Assembly: GCA_038257035.1 (NCBI GenBank)
Contig: JBBSJT010000045.1
Coordinates: forward strand, 1-18,000
Source: Chlamydiia bacterium
GTDB lineage: Bacteria > Chlamydiota > Chlamydiia > Chlamydiales > Parachlamydiaceae
DNA length: 18,000 bases
Reading direction: 5' to 3'
Within the stretch, counting starts at the first letter, position 1. The number at the start of each line of letters is the position of its first letter. Made by a program: the position numbers and the translations under genes. Under the pieces are notes generated by a model. It worked only from the letters and a program-made list of their open reading frames with translations. It was not told where the DNA came from and did no database searches. This document shows, piece by piece, positions 6,946 to 13,391 of the stretch.

Positions 6946-8385
6946 TTATTTTTTACTGTTTTTTGTTAAATACACCTTAAAAATGTAACTTGAGGCCATA
7001 GAATCAGATCTTGTATTGGTAAATGTCAAAGTACTTGCAATACCTCCCACAATGTATCCGATGAGTTCTCTTTTACATTTTAAAAGATCCAGTTTGATTA
7101 CACCGTTTTTATAGTCCGGCAATTTAACCGGCATAAATTTAGCTCCTGCACCAAAAAGAAGCTGGTTACCAGGATTTGATCCTGTAGATAAAATAACAGG
7201 GTATTCGGCATCCATTAAATATTGCTTAAATTTTTTATGTTTATCGATTCTGATGGTTGTAACTTGGTTAATAAAAGGGATATCTTCATCTTTCTGAAAA
7301 GTTCCATCTTGAAAGAAGCCATAGCTAAGACCACCTAATAAAATCGTATAAGATTTGCGGTTTTCATTTGAAAAGAGACAAATAGTAGGTGATGCATAAT
7401 TGTTCATACCTTGTTTGAATGTATCGGGATCTGATGGATTTGGCATGTATGCCTTTCCATTTTTCGTGATAAAAACAGGTACAGTCCAGATACCCCCAGC
7501 CTCGGTAAACACCCCCGATAAGGCAAGAAAAGATTGACAAGCGTCCCAATCTTCTTTAAGTACAATAGGAACGACGTTTAGGTCACGTCGGCGATAATTC
7601 GGATTTCTAGTTTCAGGTAGAGTTTCTTTCTTTTTAATAGTCAGCTTTTTAGTGTCTCCATCAATGATAAATCTGTGGATTTGTTCAAGATAAACTCCAT
7701 TGCTTGAATCGGTATAAGGGCCTTCAAAATTTTGTCCAAAAATAAGAAGTGTTAATCCATCGCTATTTTTTGTCATGTATCCTCCTGTTACTTGGAAGAT
7801 CGGGTCAAAAATTTGACGGATGTAATATTTTGCTTTTTTAGAATGTTTAGGCTCCATCACCCAGTCCATGAGTCCTGGAATGTCTATTGCTGTGAGGGCA
7901 TTTTTTGTGGAAAACGTTCCGTTTGCTGTATTAATCCCATAACCGCCTGTCATGTAAAGCGTTTTACCATCTTGGTATGATTGAGGACTTACAACAGATA
8001 ATGAATCGATTTGCTTTTGGCTAAGGCCGGAACCAGCATCTTTTAAAGATCTTGTGTAAACCTTTTTCTTTTTGGGATCCACTACATAAACTGTTGTATT
8101 TTGTTGTGATGGAGGAAAATTATCGGTTGCATCAAAACCATGAAGGCCATTTGTACGACCTGCTAATAAAAGCCACTTGCCATCATGAATGGCAGTAACT
8201 CCGGAATGTATGCCATTTGGCAAAGAAAAATCTGCCTCTTCAATATCGATGGAAAAAGGCAATTCACTTCCCGGATAAATAGGGCTTGTGGTTTCAGTTT
8301 GGTTAGGGTTGACGGCAGCAAGATTACAAAAGCTGACGACAGTAAAAAATGAGAACAAGGGATTAAGCTTATAAAAAAGCGACAT
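6946..8385 (-). CDS. Secreted protein of unknown function, probable kelch-like beta-propeller
   Basis: SD AGGAG before the ATG and a signal peptide ending LAA. Repeated hydrophobic-strand plus GG units (LLLAGR, LYMTGGYG, FQVTGG, ILLGG, YIVGG). Confidence 0.6.
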   Translation of the reverse strand: MSLFYKLNPLFSFFTVVSFCNLAAVNPNQTETTSPIYPGSELPFSIDIEEADFSLPNGIHSGVTAIHDGKWLLLAGRTNGLHGFDATDNFPPSQQNTTVYVVDPKKKKVYTRSLKDAGSGLSQKQIDSLSVVSPQSYQDGKTLYMTGGYGINTANGTFSTKNALTAIDIPGLMDWVMEPKHSKKAKYYIRQIFDPIFQVTGGYMTKNSDGLTLLIFGQNFEGPYTDSSNGVYLEQIHRFIIDGDTKKLTIKKKETLPETRNPNYRRRDLNVVPIVLKEDWDACQSFLALSGVFTEAGGIWTVPVFITKNGKAYMPNPSDPDTFKQGMNNYASPTICLFSNENRKSYTILLGGLSYGFFQDGTFQKDEDIPFINQVTTIRIDKHKKFKQYLMDAEYPVILSTGSNPGNQLLFGAGAKFMPVKLPDYKNGVIKLDLLKCKRELIGYIVGGIASTLTFTNTRSDSMASSYIFKVYLTKNSKK

Positions 8386-8479
8386 TTTTTCTCCTTTAAT
8401 AAAAAAGTGTTAAGTATTATTTCTATAAGGATATAGGATAAATAAAGCAAGCGATCTTAAAATGAAGTTGAGATAAAGT

Positions 8480-8833
8480 ATGTATGAGTCAAAAAATAAG
8501 AAACTGGCACCGACAAGGGTTTTTGCACGTCGATTTCTTCTAAATTTCATTCTGGGGACCCTCATACTGTTACTCTGTCTTTGGATGGGTATGTTCGGTT
8601 ATCATTACTATGAAAAAATGTCTTGGATTGATTCCTATGAAAATGCAGCCATGATTTTATCAGGAATGGGTCCGGTACAAGAACTAAAAACGAGTGGCGG
8701 CAAGATTTTTGCAGGGACATATGCCCTTTTTAGCGGTATTGTTTTTATTTTTTTTATGACCATCATTTTAGCCCCCATACTCCATCGCTTCTATCATAAG
8801 TTCCATCTCTCCAAAGACCAACCCAAAGACTAA
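8480..8833 (+). CDS. Small 2-TM membrane protein with a potassium-channel-like (KcsA/Ion_trans_2) pore region
   Basis: TM1, then GYHYYEKMSWIDSYENAAMILSGMGP (pore-helix and filter position), then TSGGKIFAGTYALFSG as TM2. Confidence 0.65.
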   Translation: MYESKNKKLAPTRVFARRFLLNFILGTLILLLCLWMGMFGYHYYEKMSWIDSYENAAMILSGMGPVQELKTSGGKIFAGTYALFSGIVFIFFMTIILAPILHRFYHKFHLSKDQPKD

Positions 8834-8854
8834 CGTTCAAAAGTAACTTTGTTC

Positions 8855-8898
8855 TTAACACCGAGACCACAGAAGAGAACTACAGAGAGGTATGAGAA
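8855..8898 (+). repeat. Solo arm of the CACAGAG/CACCGAG-type palindromic element
   Basis: TTAACACCGAGACCACAGAAG closely matches the reverse complement of 13357-13376 (TTAACACCGAGATCACAAAG). No partner arm nearby. Confidence 0.6.
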
Positions 8899-8951
8899 TT
8901 TACCGTTTCCACCCGAACCGCATCAATAATAATTTCCACCGTTTAAGTTTG

Positions 8952-9107
8952 CATTTTTTTGACCGCGAAGACCGCGAACAAAGACGCGAAGAAACGCGAA
9001 GAAGCGCACTGTCGTGCGAAAATTGAGGCTTTTTTTCTTATCGCGCTTTAGCGCGCTTCTTCGCGTTTCTTCGCGTCTTTCTTCGCGGTCTTCGCGGTGA
9101 AAAAATG
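8952..9107. repeat. Long palindromic element, CGCGAAG type (copy 2)
   Basis: Arms 8962-9007 and 9053-9098 are complementary at 45/46 nt and flanked by CAT7 / A6TG. Same terminal sequence as 2605-2832. Confidence 0.92.
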
Positions 9108-9170
9108 GAAAAAAAGAGGGTTGATAATTATATGGAATTTGGTTAAAAGGTGCTTAAACAGGAGCAAAAA

Positions 9171-9782
9171 ATGACCAATAAACCAAAAATTCTTGCTTTT
9201 GCAGGAGCTTTACGAAAAGATTCGCTGAACAAGAAGATGGTAAGGTTCGCAGCAAAAGGGGCGGAAGATGCAGGAGCCATTGTCACCTATATCGATTTAA
9301 AAGACTTTTCATTGCCCATTTATGATCAGGATCTGGAAGATGCGTCAGGTATCCCTGAAAATGCGATGAAACTTAAAAAATTATTTTTAGAAAATGATGG
9401 CTTCCTTATTGCATGTCCTGAATATAACAGCTCCATCACAGGTGTCTTAAAAAACGTTATAGATTGGGTTTCACGCCCGGCACCTGGTGAAAAAGCTTAT
9501 CTTTGCTGTTTTTTAAGTAAAGTCGTCCTCCTTATGAGTGCATCTCCAGGTAATTTAGGTGGGATAAGAGGGCTTGTACACGTAAGATCCATATTTGGAA
9601 ATATTAATAGCATTGTTTTACCAAATCAAAAATGCATTCCAAATGCAGACAAGGTTTTTGATGAAGCAGGAAAAATCAATGATCCAAAAATTGATAAAGA
9701 TGTGAGAGCTCTTGGGGCAGAACTTTGCACTTTTCTTCAAAAACTAAAGTCGGGATCAAACGATTTAGAGAATATAGGTTAA
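9171..9782 (+). CDS. NADPH-dependent FMN reductase (flavodoxin-like; ChrR/SsuE family)
   Basis: Motifs KILAFAGALRKDSLN, LPIYDQDLE, ACPEYNSSITGVLKNVIDWVSR, SASPGNLGG. AGGAG at 9160-9164 favours ATG 9171. Confidence 0.92.
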   Translation: MTNKPKILAFAGALRKDSLNKKMVRFAAKGAEDAGAIVTYIDLKDFSLPIYDQDLEDASGIPENAMKLKKLFLENDGFLIACPEYNSSITGVLKNVIDWVSRPAPGEKAYLCCFLSKVVLLMSASPGNLGGIRGLVHVRSIFGNINSIVLPNQKCIPNADKVFDEAGKINDPKIDKDVRALGAELCTFLQKLKSGSNDLENIG

Positions 9783-9869
9783 GTCTTTAATTGTTAGTTA
9801 TATAAAAATTTCATTTATTGTAATGTTAAATTGTTGTATATGGAAGTTTAAGACTATTAATGGAGGATT

Positions 9870-10301
9870 ATGCGCCAATTAAATAATTATTTTGCTCGTA
9901 TGGCATCTTGTGCTTTCATATTATCTTTTGGCCTTAATTCTTTAAGTGCCGAAGAAATAACCAAAGGTGGCCATCATGGCGGCGGTCATCATGGTAGTCA
10001 TCATGAACATCATGGTCATAATCATGGTCATCACGGACATCTTCATGGCGAACACCAAAGTGAACATCATAATCATCATCATAACTATCACGGTGAACAT
10101 CGTGGCTATTGGAAAGATGCCGACTACAACGTTAATGAACCATCCCTCTATTATCAGACCCCTCAAACTGTAGTCGTTCCGGGTTCCACAACTGCAACAC
10201 CTCAAAAACCTGTCAATTATTATTACACGCAACCTGCGATACAAACTACTACACCTCAAACACAAACAACTGTCCCATCATCAACCAGCACCCCAAAATA
10301 A
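9870..10301 (+). CDS. Secreted histidine-rich, Thr/Pro/Gln-rich low-complexity protein
   Basis: SD GGAGG and a signal peptide ending LSA-EE. 22 His in a 43-residue tract, followed by a T/P/Q-rich tail. Confidence 0.8.
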   Translation: MRQLNNYFARMASCAFILSFGLNSLSAEEITKGGHHGGGHHGSHHEHHGHNHGHHGHLHGEHQSEHHNHHHNYHGEHRGYWKDADYNVNEPSLYYQTPQTVVVPGSTTATPQKPVNYYYTQPAIQTTTPQTQTTVPSSTSTPK

Positions 10302-10329
10302 CACACAGTATCTAATATAGCATTTTTGA

Positions 10330-10434
10330 TTTTTTACCAGTGAGTCAGTGAGAAAGACATGAGATCAATGAGGGGTTGGAATTCATAGCCCCTCACTGAT
10401 CTCATGTCTTTCTCACTGACTCATTGGTAAAAAA
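10330..10434. repeat. Long palindromic element, CAGTGAG type; probably also a bidirectional terminator between convergent genes
   Basis: Arms 10330-10375 and 10389-10434 are complementary at 44/46 nt, with a 13-nt loop and T6/A7 ends. Confidence 0.92.
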
Positions 10435-10527
10435 ATATTATTGGTACAATTCAAAGAGTATTCTTAAATATCTTATCTTGCCTTTCTTTGCTTTTTCTCC
10501 GTGACTATCGAGGAAAAGGTGCAAATA

Positions 10528-11847
10528 TCAGAGTAGAGTACCCTGTAGGATGAAGTAGGAAATAGTAAAGTAAATGATCACACCCGTCACATCAACAAGC
10601 GTTGCAACAAAGGGCGCAGATGAGGTCGCAGGATCTAATCCCAAAGCCTTTAAAATGATCGGCAGCATAGAACCGGTAATTGTTCCCCAAAGCACAATTC
10701 CGACTAAGGTGACACCAACGGAAGTGGCAATAAGAGTTGATTCAAGACCATATATGTCTGAAAAATGTCCCCACACCGCAATGCGCAAAAAGCCGATGAA
10801 CCCAAGGACTAAACCCAAAAAGATTCCTGCATAGATTTCTCTTTGCATAATCTTCCACCAATCTTTAATTGTCACCTCTCCTAAAGCCAAAGCTCTAATA
10901 ATAAGGGATGAGGCTTGTGAACCTGAATTTCCACCGCTTGAAATAACGAGAGGCAAAAATAGGGTTAATACAACCGCTTTTTCAATTTCAACCTGATAAA
11001 AAGCCATAGCTGATGCAGTTAAGGTTTGACCAAGAAAAAGAACAGCCAGCCAACCCACGCGTTTTTGCATCAATTCAAAAAATGGGGTTGCCATATATGG
11101 AGCATCCAAGGCTTCACTACCCCCGATTTTTTGTATGTCTTCAGTAAATTCTTCTTCGACTACCATTAAAATATCATCGATTGTTACAATTCCTAAAAGA
11201 ACCCCTTTATCATCGATAACGGGAAGAGCATTACGATTATAGTTTTGGAATGCGTTACTTGCGACTTCCTGATCATCGGTAGCATACACCGAGATGACCT
11301 TATAATCAGAAAGCGTTGAGACCTTGGCTTCCGGCTGTGCAAAAAGAAAATCTTTTAGAAGAATGTCGTCTATCAAAACTCCTTGATTATCAATCACATA
11401 AAGAACCGAGATAGTTTCGCTGTAATGACCAAATTTTCTGACATGTTCCAATACATCAGAAACGGTCCAATTAAGTTTTATACTGATGTAATCGGTGGTC
11501 ATTAGACGGCCAACACTGTTTTCCGGGTAGCCTAAAAGTTGTAGTGTAACAACCCGTTCTGAGGGTGATAGTAATTGTAAAAGTTCTTTTAAAATTTTAC
11601 TTGGCAGCTCTTCTAAAAATGAAGTTCGATCATCCGGAGATAAATTATTTAATAGCTTGGCTGCATCTTCAACAGGCAAAGCGTCAAGGAACTTTTTTTG
11701 AAAGTGAAAGGGAAGGAATTCAAAAACAGTGGTGGCAGTATCGGGGGGTAAAGATTTATAAATTATTTGACGATCATCATCATTAGATTGTTCGATTAAT
11801 TCGACAATTTCAACAGCAGAAAAGTTTTTAAGATCTACATCGTACAT
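10528..11847 (-). CDS. mgtE: Magnesium transporter MgtE
   Basis: N-domain (PDDR), YPENSVGRLMT, CBS pair, and TM domain with GGNSGSQ and DPATSSAPFVATLVDVTG. Confidence 0.95.
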   Translation of the reverse strand: MYDVDLKNFSAVEIVELIEQSNDDDRQIIYKSLPPDTATTVFEFLPFHFQKKFLDALPVEDAAKLLNNLSPDDRTSFLEELPSKILKELLQLLSPSERVVTLQLLGYPENSVGRLMTTDYISIKLNWTVSDVLEHVRKFGHYSETISVLYVIDNQGVLIDDILLKDFLFAQPEAKVSTLSDYKVISVYATDDQEVASNAFQNYNRNALPVIDDKGVLLGIVTIDDILMVVEEEFTEDIQKIGGSEALDAPYMATPFFELMQKRVGWLAVLFLGQTLTASAMAFYQVEIEKAVVLTLFLPLVISSGGNSGSQASSLIIRALALGEVTIKDWWKIMQREIYAGIFLGLVLGFIGFLRIAVWGHFSDIYGLESTLIATSVGVTLVGIVLWGTITGSMLPIILKALGLDPATSSAPFVATLVDVTGVIIYFTISYFILQGTLL

Positions 11848-13391
11848 TTTAATAACATCTCGTTAATATGTTCCGCCTCTATTACCCATCCTCCGCCAAG
11901 GGCTTTGTATAGGTTTATCAAAGAGGAAAAGCTGTTAGCTTCCGTATCTGCAAGCAATAGTTGAGATTCAAATAATCTTCTTTCCGCATCCAACACATTC
12001 AAATAATCGCTTTGACCATTACTATATTGAAGAGTGGCAAGCTGCCTGTATCGCTCAAAAATTTTCACTTGTTTTGTTTGCTCAATAACAAGTTCTAAAT
12101 TCATTTTATGAGATATAAGAGCATCATTAACTTCTTTTAATGCATTTAATATAGTTTGGCAATAGATATATACCGTCTCAGATTTAACTGATTTTGCAAG
12201 CTCAAACTGTGAAATAAGTCTTCCGCCTGTAAAAATGGGCTGAAATAAATTTGCAGAAGTTGCCCATGTAACTGCATTTCCGGTAAATAAATTACACAGA
12301 TGTGAACTTTGATTTCCATACATTCCAGTTAGAGTGATATCTGGAAAAAACTCTGCCCTTGCCTCTCCGATCCTGTAATTTGCTGCGATAATGGCATCTT
12401 CAGCTCGTTGAATATCAGGTCTTTGCCAAAGAAGATCAGAGGGCAGGCCAACAGGAATATTTGGAGGCATGACTAGCGCATTCAAGATTTTACCTCTCGG
12501 AATAGAGGTTGGTGCCATTCCAACTAAAACACTGATCAGATTTTCTTGAACAGGAATTGTTATTTCAAGACGTTTGATGGCAATAATTGCCGTTTCTGTT
12601 TCAGATTGGGCTTGTTTATATTCAAGCTCCGAAGTAAATCCACTCTCAAACCTCAATTTTGCAATACGTTCTGATTCAAGCCTTGTTTTTAAGGTGTTTT
12701 TAGAGATCTCTAATTGTTTGTCCAACTTTCTTAAATTCACGTACGAATCGGCAATAGCAGATACCAATGTTAGTATTACCGTTCTTTTTACTTCAATTTG
12801 GGCAAGATAATCATAATAAGCCGCATCGGATCTATTTTTAATTTTACCCCAGATGTCAAGCTCATATGCTGCGCTAATAGTCGCAGAGTAAACATTAAAG
12901 CGCCTATATTCGGGAAGAAGGGGAGGAACTGTTGCAAGCGATAATTGTTGCCGCGTTTTGTTAAGCTCTCCTCCAACTTGCGGGAAAAGGTTGCTTGAAA
13001 CAACTCCTAGGATTGCTCGGTATTGGGCAACTCTTGCGATGGCAATTTTTATGTCATAATTGTTACCCAAAGCCGTGATGATTAAATCATCTAGCACCTC
13101 ATCGTGGAACTGCTCCCACCATTTGATGTTTGCTGTCTTACAAACAAATTCTTGTGGCGTCGCATTTTGTAACTCGACTCGATAATTATCGGGTATATCA
13201 ATCCTTGGCGGGCAATATTTCGGCGCCAAATTACATGATGAGAGGAGAGAAAGTGAGAGAAACAGAAGTTTGTTTATTATAACTTTTTTCTTTAACACAG
13301 AGGACACAGAGAAAAGAGAGAGAGGAAAATAAGTTTCTCTTATTTCTCTTCGCTGTCTTTGTGATCTCGGTGTTAAAAAAAAACTATTCAT
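11835..13391 (-). CDS. Outer-membrane efflux lipoprotein (OprM/NodT/TolC family); start uncertain
   Basis: Lipobox LLSSC-NLAP and motifs WWEQF, YELDIWG, GLPSDLLWQRPDI, FFPDITLTG, YLNVLDAER, LYKALGGGW. ATG 13391 overlaps the RND stop. An alternative GTG lies at 13298. The track start at 13463 is probably too long. Confidence 0.9.
   Translation of the reverse strand: MNSFFLTPRSQRQRREIRETYFPLSLFSVSSVLKKKVIINKLLFLSLSLLSSCNLAPKYCPPRIDIPDNYRVELQNATPQEFVCKTANIKWWEQFHDEVLDDLIITALGNNYDIKIAIARVAQYRAILGVVSSNLFPQVGGELNKTRQQLSLATVPPLLPEYRRFNVYSATISAAYELDIWGKIKNRSDAAYYDYLAQIEVKRTVILTLVSAIADSYVNLRKLDKQLEISKNTLKTRLESERIAKLRFESGFTSELEYKQAQSETETAIIAIKRLEITIPVQENLISVLVGMAPTSIPRGKILNALVMPPNIPVGLPSDLLWQRPDIQRAEDAIIAANYRIGEARAEFFPDITLTGMYGNQSSHLCNLFTGNAVTWATSANLFQPIFTGGRLISQFELAKSVKSETVYIYCQTILNALKEVNDALISHKMNLELVIEQTKQVKIFERYRQLATLQYSNGQSDYLNVLDAERRLFESQLLLADTEANSFSSLINLYKALGGGWVIEAEHINEMLLKCTM
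13291..13377. repeat. Palindromic element, CACAGAG type, lying in the 5' coding region of the OMF gene
   Basis: TTTAACACAGAGGACACAGAGAAA (13291-13314) pairs at 19/24 with 13354-13377. TTAA occurs at 13292-13295 and 13373-13376. Confidence 0.75.

Noticed and set aside
898..8450. Other short ORFs inside the RING, peptidase and glycan-cluster genes (e.g. 898-1098, 1444-1713, 3364-3630, 5949-6182, 8163-8450)
   Set aside because: They overlap longer motif-bearing genes and have no recognisable features.
9942..10265. Met/Ile-rich ORFs 9942-10265 (-) and 9967-10173 (+)
   Set aside because: By-products of CAT/CAC codon runs in the His-rich gene, which has the SD and signal peptide.
2605..10434. Palindromes as CRISPR repeats or autonomous IS elements
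   Set aside because: No regularly spaced direct repeats with unique spacers, no cas genes, and no transposase ORF between the arms.
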